Assembly: GCA_965214405.1 (NCBI GenBank)
Contig: OZ243956.1
Span: 768,001 to 832,000, forward strand
DNA length: 64,000 nt
Reading direction: 5' to 3'
Source: Trueperaceae bacterium
Lineage (GTDB): Bacteria; Deinococcota; Deinococci; Deinococcales; Trueperaceae
The notes under the pieces are model-generated. The model did no database searches. It saw only the letters and a list, made by a program, of their open reading frames with translations, and was not told the origin of the DNA. The position numbers were made by a program, and so were the translations under genes. This document shows positions 50,291 through 59,788 of the stretch, one piece after another. Within the stretch, counting starts at the first letter, position 1. Each line of letters opens with the position of its first letter.

Positions 50291-50929
50291 TCAGCACTCC
50301 ACAAACTTGTTTAACCGGAGGTTGGTAAGGGTGTAGCGTTCCCATTCATGAAGTTTCTCTCTGGCCGCTGCCGGGCTGCGAACCAGGAGTTGCCTGAACG
50401 TTTGAGTCTCTTGAAGCAGTTCGCGAACCCACGAACGATCATCATCGGGTTCATTGAGCTTGGTTTGGAGCCTGTCGAAAATGTTCATGGCGTTCTCATG
50501 CTCGCCCGCTAGAACGAAGGAATAAGCTCGAGCCCGTAAAACGTGGACATCGTCGGGATTAGTGCGAACTACTTGGTCTACAGTTTCGGCAACCTGGGCA
50601 GGCGTCTCAATACCTCTAAGCATAGGTAATCCCTCGTTGGAAATACGCTCGAGAAGGTTCTCGATTAATTCGGCCTCGGCGTCCGCTTGATACTTCCAGC
50701 TTTGGCCGAGCCTTTCACCGAACGAAAGAGCGACACTATCCCTGGGTACATATAGCGGCTGGATGAAAACGTAAAGGTAGAAGCTCAGCGGGTCAATCGA
50801 ACGGTCAAAGCAGAAACCTCGCAGTATGTGCTTTACAGGGCACATAAACAGGAACCTTCTGCTGACGGCAAAGCCCGGCAACCGTGGCAGGAGCTTTTTG
50901 AGTAGTTTCTCCGTCTCTCGTGCTGTCAT
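50291..50929 (-). CDS. Hypothetical protein
   Basis: 212-aa ORF with lower GC than its flanks; no motif recognised with confidence. Confidence 0.65.
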   Translation of the reverse strand: MTARETEKLLKKLLPRLPGFAVSRRFLFMCPVKHILRGFCFDRSIDPLSFYLYVFIQPLYVPRDSVALSFGERLGQSWKYQADAEAELIENLLERISNEGLPMLRGIETPAQVAETVDQVVRTNPDDVHVLRARAYSFVLAGEHENAMNIFDRLQTKLNEPDDDRSWVRELLQETQTFRQLLVRSPAAAREKLHEWERYTLTNLRLNKFVEC

Positions 50930-50960
50930 TTCAAAGCCTTTGTCAAAGCGGAAGCCTCGG

Positions 50961-51446
50961 TTACAGCGGCGTCAGGTTCTTTGTAAGTTTTAACGAATCC
51001 TCCTCAAAACCCAAGCGTGCGTAGAAAGTGTGGGCTTGAGCGTTCCCCGCAAACACATACAGCGTCAGGTGCCGCATCCCCTGCTCTTTCGTCCACGCCT
51101 CCGCGGCCTCCATCAGCGCCTTGCCGACGCCCTTGCCTTCGCCCGTCTCTTGTACCGCTAAGTTGGCGACGTAGCCTTGTGGCTCCCCCGTGAAAAACTC
51201 CAGCGTCGTCTCGAGGTGGACAAAACCGAGTGGTTCATTGTGAGAGGAGGCGAGGAGCACCGCGCTACCGGCGGGCGGTGCGGTCAGCGCCTTGCTAAGT
51301 AAATCTTCCGACGACGCGCGAATCGCCTCCGCGTCTCGCCAGGGAGGCACACCGAACGTGACCAGACGCGGGACGAGCGAGAGGATGAACGGTAGATCGT
51401 CGGCGGTGGCGGGGCGAACGTTAGTGGGAGTATTGGTTGTCGTCAT
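50961..51446 (-). CDS. GNAT family N-acetyltransferase
   Basis: EGKGVGKALM, NAQAHTFYARLGF. Confidence 0.9.
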   Translation of the reverse strand: MTTTNTPTNVRPATADDLPFILSLVPRLVTFGVPPWRDAEAIRASSEDLLSKALTAPPAGSAVLLASSHNEPLGFVHLETTLEFFTGEPQGYVANLAVQETGEGKGVGKALMEAAEAWTKEQGMRHLTLYVFAGNAQAHTFYARLGFEEDSLKLTKNLTPL

Positions 51447-51459
51447 GTCCTGACAGCGA

Positions 51460-52050
51460 CTACATAGGCCTGCGGTTTGTAATCGCCCGCCCCAGCGTGA
51501 CCTCGTCGGCGTACTCCAAATCTCCGCCTACAGGCAAGCCGTAGGCGATGCGCGAGGTTTTGACGCTCAAGTCGTTCAATAAACGGTTCAAATACATCGC
51601 CGTGGCCTCGCCCTCGACGGTGGTGGCGGTCGCCAAGATGACCTCGTTGACGTCATCCAACCTCGGCAGCAACGCCTTGATGGTGAGCTGGTCGGGACCC
51701 ACGCCGTTCATCGGCGAGAGCGACCCGTGGAGCACGTGGTAGAGCCCTTCATATTCGCCCGAACGCTCAATAGCGAGCAAGTCAGCGGGCTCTTCGACTA
51801 CACAGACAAGGCGGCGGTCACGCTGCGCGTCGGCGCAGATGTTACACAGCTCCGAATCGGTGATGTTGAAGCAGACGCTACACGAGTGCAGCGAACTTTT
51901 CGCGCTCACAATCGCCTGCGCGAGCCCCCGCACGTCCTCTTCGGGCAGATTGAAAAGGTGAAAGGCGAGCCGCTGCGCGCTTTTTGGGCCGACGCCGGGC
52001 AGTTTGCCGAGTTCGCGGATGAGTTGGATTAGAGCGGGGGGGTACTTCAT
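51460..52050 (-). CDS. recR: Recombination mediator RecR
   Basis: LPGVGPKSAQRLA, C4 zinc finger, YHVLHG, GLPVGGDLEYAD. Confidence 0.97.
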   Translation of the reverse strand: MKYPPALIQLIRELGKLPGVGPKSAQRLAFHLFNLPEEDVRGLAQAIVSAKSSLHSCSVCFNITDSELCNICADAQRDRRLVCVVEEPADLLAIERSGEYEGLYHVLHGSLSPMNGVGPDQLTIKALLPRLDDVNEVILATATTVEGEATAMYLNRLLNDLSVKTSRIAYGLPVGGDLEYADEVTLGRAITNRRPM

Positions 52051-52051
52051 A

Positions 52052-52109
52052 GGTGATTAGTGGCGAGTGATGAGTGATTAGTAAGGCTAACCACTACCCA
52101 CTCATCACT
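52052..52109. repeat. Heptamer tandem repeats arranged as an inverted pair
   Basis: GGTGATT-AGTGGCG-AGTGATG-AGTGATT-AGT...CTAACCACTACCCACTCATCACT. Confidence 0.65.
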
Positions 52110-52111
52110 GT

Positions 52112-52432
52112 TTAGAACATCCCCTCGAGTCCGCCCATACCGCCCAGGCCGCCCATCGCCGAGCCCATTTCGGTTTCTTGGAGTTCTTTGACCTTGCGCT
52201 GGGCTTCGTTGACCGCGGCGGTGACTAAGTCCTCGAGCAAATCCACGTCGTCCGGGTCCACCGCGCTCTTGTCGATCGTCACGCCCGTGATGGAACCGTC
52301 GCCGCTCGCGGTCACGGTTACCAGGCCGCCGCCCGCAGAGCCCTCGACGGAGAGTGAAGCAAGCTTCTCCTGCGCCTCCGCCATCTTGCGCTGCGCCTTT
52401 TGGGCCTCTTTCATGAGTTTTTGGATGTTCAT
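52112..52432 (-). CDS. ybaB: YbaB/EbfC nucleoid-associated protein
   Basis: MNIQKLMKEAQKAQ, GSAGGGLV, LEDLVTAAVN; lies between dnaX and recR. Confidence 0.95.
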   Translation of the reverse strand: MNIQKLMKEAQKAQRKMAEAQEKLASLSVEGSAGGGLVTVTASGDGSITGVTIDKSAVDPDDVDLLEDLVTAAVNEAQRKVKELQETEMGSAMGGLGGMGGLEGMF

Positions 52433-52461
52433 GGGTCTCCTTTTGAGGGTGGGTGTGGGGG

Positions 52462-53007
52462 TCAAGCCGCGCCTTCTTCACCAAATTGTAACGTTTCTTG
52501 CACCGCTTCCTCCGTAACGTCGCTTTCATCCTCCACACCCGCCTCCTGCCACTCGACGACGTGACCCGGAAAAAGACTTTGCAGGACGGCGAAGCGCGGG
52601 TCGGCCTCTAACCCCCCTTCCTCACGCGCGGCTTCCTCGGGCGGTTTGGCGGACGCTGCCGGTTCCGAGGGTGGTAAATCGTCCCAAAAGTCAGGCGGGA
52701 GGTCGTCTCGAGGAAGCGGTTCCCCCACGGCGTCGGGTGCGGCGTCAAGTGGGGGCGCAGCGGCGGGAGCCGCGTCAGGCGGTGTTGAAGGCGGTGTTGC
52801 GGGAGGTGACAGGGTAGGCGGTTCGGTGGGGGGCGGCTCGAGCGGCGCGTGAGACTCCGGGGGTGGGGTCAGCACTTCTTTTTCTCGAGCGGTTTCTTGG
52901 AGCTCGAGCGCGGGTTCAGCAGTGGGCTGAGGCGTGGGTTGTGTGGACTCAGGTTTGGGCGGGGTCGGAGCGGCTTGTTTTTTTGGCCGCTCCGTTAGAG
53001 CTTTTTT
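52462..53007 (-). CDS. dnaX: C-terminal extension of DnaX (tau), reached by -1 frameshift
   Basis: The -1 frame is open from the slippery site to TGA at 52462; Pro-rich linker then DPRFAVLQSLFPGHV. Confidence 0.8.
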   Translation of the reverse strand, partial: KKALTERPKKQAAPTPPKPESTQPTPQPTAEPALELQETAREKEVLTPPPESHAPLEPPPTEPPTLSPPATPPSTPPDAAPAAAPPLDAAPDAVGEPLPRDDLPPDFWDDLPPSEPAASAKPPEEAAREEGGLEADPRFAVLQSLFPGHVVEWQEAGVEDESDVTEEAVQETLQFGEEGAA

Positions 53008-53022
53008 CGGACCGTCTCCCCC
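52966..53022 (-). promoter_or_regulatory. Programmed -1 ribosomal frameshift cassette
   Basis: GGGGGAG (53022-53016), A_AAA_AAG (53007-53001), 6-nt spacer, 9-bp stem CGGAGCGGC/GCCGCTCCG. Confidence 0.85.
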
Positions 53023-54497
53023 GGACCGACGATGTGAACGACGGCCCCGTCGCCGACAACTTGCGCGGTGAGCGCGCCGAGTTCGTCTTGGCGCTTTTTG
53101 AGTTGCTCGAAGTGGAATTTGTGCGTTTCCGGAAACCGCAAATAGATGTCGTAGCCGTCCACCTCGGCCTGCGCGGGCATCATGAACGCCTTGAGTTGGG
53201 CGCTCGCCTTGGTTAGAACCGTGTGCCAGTTGATTTTTGGAGGTTCGTCCCCTCCGGGCGTCGTGGCTGCCGGGGGAGGTGTTGAGGGCGGGTTTGGAGG
53301 AGAGGCGGGCGCTCGAGCCGGTGTTCTGGCGGGCGGCGGGGGCGTGGTGCCGCGGCCCGTCGGGTCGAAGTCGGGGAGTGCAGATTGAGGTTCCGTGGTT
53401 CTTTGGGAGGCTCGAGCCTGACGTTCCTCAAGTGGCGCGACCGCCTCACGCGGGACGTTGTGGTTGGTCGCGTTCATCGCCTTGATGAGGGCGACCTCGA
53501 GCGAGAAGAGATCGTCCCGCCGCACAAAACGTTCATCCTCATCGTCGAGCGCGTGGATGGCGCGTAAGAGGTCTTTTTGCTCTATCGGCAAGGTGAAACC
53601 GTCGCCCACGCCGACCATGCTGTAAAGCGCGTCGCGTAGGGTTGTTTTTAAGTGCTCGGAGAGCGAGCGCGGCGCGAAGCCGTCGCGGTAGAGGCTCCCT
53701 GCGAGTTCAAAGAGTGCGGCGAGGTCGCCGTTCACCAGATACTCCGCCAACGCCTGCATCCGCTCCTTGGGCGGCAGGCCGAGCGCGTCCTCTGCGTCCC
53801 CCCTAGTAATCGGCTCGCCGGAGGTGAGCAAACGCTCCAAAAGCGATTCGGCGTCCCTCATCGCGCCGTCGGCGGCGCGCGCGACGAGGCGCACCGCCTC
53901 GTCTTCGGCGTGTACGCCCGCGGCCTCGCAAAGGCGCGCAACCTTGCCCGCAATTTCGTCTTCGGAAAGGCGGCGGAAGCGGAAGTGCTGGCAGCGCGAG
54001 AGAATCGTGGGCGGCAGCTTTTCGGGCTCGGTGGTGGCGAGGATGAAGACGAGGCCGGGCGGGGGCTCCTCGAGCGTCTTCAAAAGCGCGTTCGAGGCCG
54101 ACTTGCTGAGCATGTGCGCCTCGTCCAAGACCCAAACACGCCTACCGCCCCGGATGCTCGCCAAGCGCACCTTTTCACGCAGGTCACGAATATCTTCAAC
54201 CGAGTTGTTGCTCGCCGCGTCGAGTTCGGTCACGTCGGGGTGGTTGCCGCGCCGCACCAACAGGCACGACTCGCACTCGCCGCAGGGCCGCTCCTTGGGA
54301 TTTTCGCGTTCGCAGTTGACCGCCATCGCCAGGAGGCGCGCCGTGGTCGTTTTGCCCACGCCGCGCGGCCCCGAAAAGAGGTATGCGTGACCAATGCGCC
54401 CCTTCGACAGCGCGGCGACGAGCACGCTCTTCACGTGCTCCTGGCCCACCACGCCCTCGAAGGTGATGGGTCTCGCTTGTTGATAAATCGCCGTCAT
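52995..54497 (-). CDS. dnaX: DNA polymerase III subunit gamma/tau (zero-frame product, 500 aa)
   Basis: GPRGVGKTT, PCGECESC, DEAH, TILSRC, GAMRDA. Confidence 0.97.
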   Translation of the reverse strand: MTAIYQQARPITFEGVVGQEHVKSVLVAALSKGRIGHAYLFSGPRGVGKTTTARLLAMAVNCERENPKERPCGECESCLLVRRGNHPDVTELDAASNNSVEDIRDLREKVRLASIRGGRRVWVLDEAHMLSKSASNALLKTLEEPPPGLVFILATTEPEKLPPTILSRCQHFRFRRLSEDEIAGKVARLCEAAGVHAEDEAVRLVARAADGAMRDAESLLERLLTSGEPITRGDAEDALGLPPKERMQALAEYLVNGDLAALFELAGSLYRDGFAPRSLSEHLKTTLRDALYSMVGVGDGFTLPIEQKDLLRAIHALDDEDERFVRRDDLFSLEVALIKAMNATNHNVPREAVAPLEERQARASQRTTEPQSALPDFDPTGRGTTPPPPARTPARAPASPPNPPSTPPPAATTPGGDEPPKINWHTVLTKASAQLKAFMMPAQAEVDGYDIYLRFPETHKFHFEQLKKRQDELGALTAQVVGDGAVVHIVGPGETVRKKL

Positions 54498-54615
54498 CGA
54501 GCCTCCATGCTACCACCCCAGCGGGGTCCACAAAGACGCCGATTTGACGCGCCCTTTTCAAAATGGATGAGGTATGCTGAACCGCACATGAGGTTGAGAT
54601 GGTGAAACTTCTCCG

Positions 54616-55833
54616 GTGATTCCTTTCGTCTTCTCCGCACTCGGCGATAAACCGTGGTTTGGGGCGCTCGTAAAGCTTCAACGGGTGCTCGCTGAAAGGG
54701 ACAAAGACGCGGCGCTCGAGGCTTACACCCTTCTCTACCGCGCCCTGCAAGAAACCGCGCCCGACCTCCCCACCGCGGTGAGCGAGGCGCTGTTGTGGGA
54801 GGACTCGAGCCTCGCCCACACCGTAATGATTTCAGGCGCAGATTTAGACGTGCCCGCCGGTCTCAAAGAGGGCGCGCTTCAAGACCTTGAATCCCTCCTC
54901 ACCCTCTCCCAGCGCAACTGGCAAGGGGAAGCGACGCGCCTCCTTAACCGCGGGCTGCCGCCCCTTTCCGGGCTCTCTAGTCGCGTGCCGGAGGAGCGGG
55001 TGGCGACGCTCGCACGTTCGTTGGAGGGCGGGGACGCGCGTTGGTTGTTGGGGAGATTGCTCGAGCATTACCGCTCGAACGGCGCGGGCATCCTCGCACG
55101 GTTTCGCGCCTTTCGCTGGGTGGGCGGGACGTTCCAAGGCGTCGCCCACCCCGCCGAGCTGGAGATGGAAGGTCTGGTGGGATTGGGGCGCCCCCTGGGT
55201 CTCCTCACCACCAACGTCGAGGCGTTTTTAGAAGGTAAACCCGCGCAGCACACGCTCCTTTACGGGCCGCGCGGCTCGGGCAAGTCCACGGCGGTCAAGA
55301 GCCTTCTACCCCGCTACGCCGCGCGCGGGCTTCGTCTGGTCGAACTCCCGCCCGCCGCGCTGCCCGATTTGCCGGAGGTCATCGAGGGTTTGCGCGGGCG
55401 ACCTCAGCGGTTTGTGCTTTTTGTGGATGACTTAAGTTTTGGGGAGGATGATACCTTTGCGCCCCTCAAGACGCTGCTCGAGGGCTCGCTCGTCAGCCGT
55501 CCCGTCAACATTCTGGTCTGCGCCACCTCGAACCGCCGCCACCTCGTCAAGGAGAGCTTTTCGGACCGGCCCGACCCGCTCAACGACGATGTCCACGGCT
55601 GGGACACGCAGAACGAACGCCTGGCGCTCGCGGACCGCTTCGGCCTCACCCTCACTTTTCCGAACGCGACGCAGGCGCGCTTTCTGGACATCGTGCGGGG
55701 GCTCGCGGTGCAAGAAGGGCTGACGCTCCCCGATTTGGAGGCTCGAGCGGTGCGCTTTGCGGAGTGGGGCAACGGCTATTCGGGGAGGACGGCGCAGCAG
55801 TTTATTGACGGACTCAAGGCCGAACTAGCGTAG
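54616..55833 (+). CDS. DUF815 family AAA+ ATP-binding protein
   Basis: GPRGSGKS, FVDDLSF, ATSNRRHL, LADRFG, SGRTAQQF. Confidence 0.9.
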   Translation: MIPFVFSALGDKPWFGALVKLQRVLAERDKDAALEAYTLLYRALQETAPDLPTAVSEALLWEDSSLAHTVMISGADLDVPAGLKEGALQDLESLLTLSQRNWQGEATRLLNRGLPPLSGLSSRVPEERVATLARSLEGGDARWLLGRLLEHYRSNGAGILARFRAFRWVGGTFQGVAHPAELEMEGLVGLGRPLGLLTTNVEAFLEGKPAQHTLLYGPRGSGKSTAVKSLLPRYAARGLRLVELPPAALPDLPEVIEGLRGRPQRFVLFVDDLSFGEDDTFAPLKTLLEGSLVSRPVNILVCATSNRRHLVKESFSDRPDPLNDDVHGWDTQNERLALADRFGLTLTFPNATQARFLDIVRGLAVQEGLTLPDLEARAVRFAEWGNGYSGRTAQQFIDGLKAELA

Positions 55834-56574
55834 CCAGCCCTCGAGCCACCTTTCAGCGTAGGGCATTATGCTCGAGCGCGCCGCCCCAATAAGAGGCGTC
55901 ACGTCATAAGGAACGCGCCGGAAGGTGACGCTCGGCTGTCCGTGAACGGTTTCCACAAGCGCATATTCCGCCCAATGCGGATTGACGACCTCGACCTTTT
56001 CCTTTGCAACCTGAGCGTACAAAAAAGGAAGCCCGACGCTTCCCGGATTGATAAGAAGGCCGTCTTTGTAACGCCGCAGAAGTTGCGTGTGCGTGTGACC
56101 GCCCGCCATGACTTGAGCTTTTTCGCCCGCGAAAAATTCGTCTAACGTCTCTTCTGGTGTGGCCGCTTTAATGATGTCATTGTAGGAGCGGGGCGAGCCG
56201 TGGAAGAGGAGCGCCGAAACGCCGTCTATCTCTAGTTTTATGGTTGGCTGAAAGGTGCGGATGTAATGTTGGTCCTCCTCGGTGAGCTGTTCGGCGCACC
56301 AGTTCTCGACGGCGAGGAAGAAGGGCGTGTCGTCGGTGGGGTTTTCGATGCTCTCCAAGGTGGGCGGCTGCAAAAGCGACGCGTCGGTGTTGCCCATGAC
56401 GGTGGGGAAGTCCAGTTCTTTAAGCTTTGTCAACGTTTCGTGCGGTTGCGGGCCGAAATTCGCCACGTCGCCCAAAAGGACGGTTTGGTCGGGTGTGGTG
56501 GTTTCAAAATCTTGTAGAACGGCGGTAAGCGCACTTAAATTACCGTGTACATCCGAAATGACGGCGAGTCTCAT
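55825..56574 (-). CDS. Metallophosphoesterase family protein
   Basis: SDVHGN, LGD, MGNTD, GHTH, INPGSVG. Confidence 0.92.
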   Translation of the reverse strand: MRLAVISDVHGNLSALTAVLQDFETTTPDQTVLLGDVANFGPQPHETLTKLKELDFPTVMGNTDASLLQPPTLESIENPTDDTPFFLAVENWCAEQLTEEDQHYIRTFQPTIKLEIDGVSALLFHGSPRSYNDIIKAATPEETLDEFFAGEKAQVMAGGHTHTQLLRRYKDGLLINPGSVGLPFLYAQVAKEKVEVVNPHWAEYALVETVHGQPSVTFRRVPYDVTPLIGAARSSIMPYAERWLEGWLR

Positions 56575-56583
56575 GACACCTCC

Positions 56584-58488
56584 TCAAGGTTCGCGGTTGA
56601 CCGTCTCGGCTGGTGGGGTTAACTGCGCGAGCCCCGCCCCCAGCGCGTACATATCGCCTCGAGTGAGGGTGCCTGCGGGGAAGAAATCTTCCGGCACCAG
56701 CCCGCGCGCCTTTAGTGCGGTCCAGCTCCTTTCGACGCAGACACCGAGCTTACACGCGGCGTCGTGGGTCACGGCGAGCGCCAGGTCGGGCGTGAGCGGT
56801 TCGGAGCCGACTTGGTAGGTGGAAACGAGGTGTTTGCCAAGCTCAAAGTCTCCCAAAAACCGTTGACCGATGTTGCTGAGCAGGTAAACATAACCGAGCG
56901 CGGGCACCGTCTCGTCAAGTTTGGGGTCGTTGCCGTAGCCGCCCAGGGCCAAGCCGCGGCTTAGGAGCAGGCGGTAGCTCGAGTAGTCCGGGTGAGTGGC
57001 AGGACCCAGAGGCGCGCGCGCTTGTAGGGAGGGAAGATAAGCGCCGCGCCCCAGCAGCCTCGAGCGCACCCCCGCCACAAAAAAGGGATCGTCCGCCGCG
57101 TCTTGAGGCGAAACGCCCAACGCCGCCGCTCGAGCCGCCGCCACGCCCACCGCCTCCCCAACGGCCATACCGAAAGGGACGACGCGGGCTGAAGAGGCCG
57201 CCAGCGGGTCGTAACCCGCCGCCTTGCCAACGACCCAAAGACCGTCTATACCCTCGGGCACATTCATACAGAGCCGCGCGCCGTAGACCTCGGGCGTGCC
57301 GTAGACGTAGCCGTTATCGTGCGGGGTCAGGGTTTGTACGTCCAGGGGATAGCCGCCCGCCGCCACATCCTCGTTCGTCACGCGGTTGTCGAACACGTCG
57401 TCGGTGGTGAGGGTGCAGCGCGTGGTGACGTGCCTGCTGTCGCGGATGTAGAGCGTCTCGGCCACGCCGCCGAAGCGGGCGCGTGCGAAACCCGGTATCT
57501 CTTTTCTGAGATAGTCCACTACTCGAGGGGCTTCTCGAGCCGCCCTCGCATACCCCTCAGCGACGCTTACTGGGTCGGTGAAGTCGATATCGTAAATCAG
57601 CAACGCGTTAACCAATACCGAGCCGTCGTCTTGCCGCCCCAAGTTGAGGCCGCGCAGGCGCAGGCCGGGTTCCTGAGCCTCATAAGCCGCCGGGTAGCCG
57701 CCGAAGTGGCCCCAGGCCACGTGCGCGTCCACCTCGGCGTAGATTTTTCCGCGGGCCTCAACGCCACGCGTGAGCCCCGACCAGTCCACGCCTTCGATTC
57801 GAAAAACGAGCGTGTCGGCCATGCGTTCATTCAGGCCGAGTGAGGCGAAGCCGACTGTATAAGCCGCACCTGCCGCCGCGGAGAGGTCGGCGTCGGCGGT
57901 GGCGTCTATCACACTTTTTGCGCCGAAAGTCTCTCCGTCTACCGCCACGCCCGTCACGCGCCCGTTGTTTACGAGCGGCTGAACGTCTCTCGCGTCGCGT
58001 TCTACCGCCACGCCCGCCTCGGCGAGCATCGCCCCGAAGGCACTCTCCGCCCGCGCCACGTCAAACGCGTGGCCGAGGCCCACACGCCGCCACCACTCCA
58101 AAAAGAGTCCGCGCTGGTAGAGTTCGGGTTTGGTCCGCAGGTCGAGCGAGTTCATCTCGCCCATCACAAAAAGCCCGCCCACCCTGGGGTCGCGGGTGAC
58201 GAGCAGCGTTTTCGCACCTTCTTCGGCGGCGGCCACCGCGGCAACGACGCCCTCGGGTTCGCTGCCGACGATGATGACGTCGTAGAAATGGGGAGAAGGT
58301 GTTATCGTGGTCTCGAGCCCCTCAACCTCCACCCTTTCACCCGCGCCACCCCCGCTCATATCAACGCCACTCATATCAACCCCACCCCTTCCGGGCGGAA
58401 GGGTTTGCTGCGCGTTTGCGGTGAGGAGGGGCGGGAGCAGAAAAACCAGCGTCGCGGCGAACAGGGCTCGAGAGCGAGCGAAAAACAT
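56584..58488 (-). CDS. Exported FAD-dependent oxidoreductase
   Basis: Signal peptide; YDVIIVGSEPEGVVAAVAAA, IDATADAD, LYIRDSRH, SARVVP. Confidence 0.85.
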   Translation of the reverse strand: MFFARSRALFAATLVFLLPPLLTANAQQTLPPGRGGVDMSGVDMSGGGAGERVEVEGLETTITPSPHFYDVIIVGSEPEGVVAAVAAAEEGAKTLLVTRDPRVGGLFVMGEMNSLDLRTKPELYQRGLFLEWWRRVGLGHAFDVARAESAFGAMLAEAGVAVERDARDVQPLVNNGRVTGVAVDGETFGAKSVIDATADADLSAAAGAAYTVGFASLGLNERMADTLVFRIEGVDWSGLTRGVEARGKIYAEVDAHVAWGHFGGYPAAYEAQEPGLRLRGLNLGRQDDGSVLVNALLIYDIDFTDPVSVAEGYARAAREAPRVVDYLRKEIPGFARARFGGVAETLYIRDSRHVTTRCTLTTDDVFDNRVTNEDVAAGGYPLDVQTLTPHDNGYVYGTPEVYGARLCMNVPEGIDGLWVVGKAAGYDPLAASSARVVPFGMAVGEAVGVAAARAAALGVSPQDAADDPFFVAGVRSRLLGRGAYLPSLQARAPLGPATHPDYSSYRLLLSRGLALGGYGNDPKLDETVPALGYVYLLSNIGQRFLGDFELGKHLVSTYQVGSEPLTPDLALAVTHDAACKLGVCVERSWTALKARGLVPEDFFPAGTLTRGDMYALGAGLAQLTPPAETVNREP

Positions 58489-58535
58489 AACGCTAATGTA
58501 ACCCCTCCTTTGGGAGAAACATGTGGACTGCGGCT

Positions 58536-59696
58536 TTACAAGGTTTCAGCAAGAAGCGAATGGACAACCCTTTCGGCGGCGTCCGGTTTGGCGAGCGCGT
58601 GCGCGGCGGCGCGCATGGCCTCGCGGCGGGCGGGGTCTTCTAAAAAGCCTTTGAGTTTGTGCGAAAAGAGCGTGAGCGGTTCGACGCGTAAAGCGGCGCC
58701 GTGCTCGAGCAAAAAGTTGGTATTGGCCTCCTCCTGGAGCGGGTAGGGCTGCACCACCGCGAAAGGCAAGCCCGCCGCCAGGGCCTCGGAGGTGGTAAGC
58801 CCGCCCGGTTTGCCGACCATGAGGTCGGCGGCGGCCATGTGGCAGGGCACCTCGCGCACGAAGCCCAAAACCTGGAAGTGGACGAGACCGCCGTAGGTCT
58901 CAGTCTGTTTTTCGGGATGGTCCTCGAGCGTCCCCTTGACCGCGTTTACCAGTTCGCCGGAGCGCCCGCAGATGATCACGACCGTGAGCGGCCAGCTAAA
59001 ACTCTTGAGCTGCGTGACGAGCGCGCCGAGGGTTTTGCTGTCGAGCCCCCCGGCCATCACGAGGAGCACGTCGCGCGCCCCGGACAGAGAAAGCGCCTCC
59101 CTGGCTTCTTTTTTGGAGGGCAGCGCCGCAAACCGCGCGTCGATGGGCACACCCGTGACCCGCACCCGGTGGGGCGCGACCCCGGCGGCCTGCAGATGCA
59201 CCGCCACGTCGTCCGTTGCCACAAAGTAGCGGGCGACGTTGGGCTGGAGCCATAACGAGTGCGCCGCGAAATCCGTGACCACCACCGTTTGGGGCGCGGC
59301 GAGTTTGCCGCCCAAGGTGCTGAGGATTTCGGGGGGCAAAAAATGCGTGTGAACGATCACGTCGGGCGCGTAGGCGCGAATCAGCCGGGGCAGTTTATAC
59401 GAGACCAAACGCGTGAGCCGCGCGCGCACCCTTTCGCGGCGCGTCTTGTCCTCGCGGGGCACCCGGTCCATCCGCTTGCCGAGCCAGTCGACTAAGTCGG
59501 GCGCGGTGCGAACCAAGTCAAAATAGGTCCGTTCGTAAAGCTTTCTAAAGGGCGCGGTGGTGTAGTCGAGCATGTCGACGTGCTTGACCTCGAGCCCACG
59601 GGCTTTCGCCGCCGCTTCTAAAGCCCGCGCCGCCGACACGTGACCGCCCCCGATAGAGGCCGACACGATGAGCACACGTTTGGGCGAGGTTGGCAT
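58536..59696 (-). CDS. MGDG synthase/UgtP family glycosyltransferase
   Basis: SASIGGGH, VVTDF, TGVPI, KPGGLTTSEA, QEEAN. Confidence 0.9.
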   Translation of the reverse strand: MPTSPKRVLIVSASIGGGHVSAARALEAAAKARGLEVKHVDMLDYTTAPFRKLYERTYFDLVRTAPDLVDWLGKRMDRVPREDKTRRERVRARLTRLVSYKLPRLIRAYAPDVIVHTHFLPPEILSTLGGKLAAPQTVVVTDFAAHSLWLQPNVARYFVATDDVAVHLQAAGVAPHRVRVTGVPIDARFAALPSKKEAREALSLSGARDVLLVMAGGLDSKTLGALVTQLKSFSWPLTVVIICGRSGELVNAVKGTLEDHPEKQTETYGGLVHFQVLGFVREVPCHMAAADLMVGKPGGLTTSEALAAGLPFAVVQPYPLQEEANTNFLLEHGAALRVEPLTLFSHKLKGFLEDPARREAMRAAAHALAKPDAAERVVHSLLAETL

Positions 59697-59788
59697 CAGA
59701 TGAGTGTAACAGGTGAGCACCCCGCCCGGACATGAAAAAAATACGCGCTTAGGGGAGGTTGACTCGTGAGCTCGAGGCCCGTCGGGAT

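Noticed and set aside
53652..54605. Long antisense/alternative-frame ORFs (also 18925-19842, 12248-13132, 32997-33794, 9673-10446)
   Set aside because: Shadow ORFs of well-supported genes, expected in high-GC DNA; no motifs or RBS
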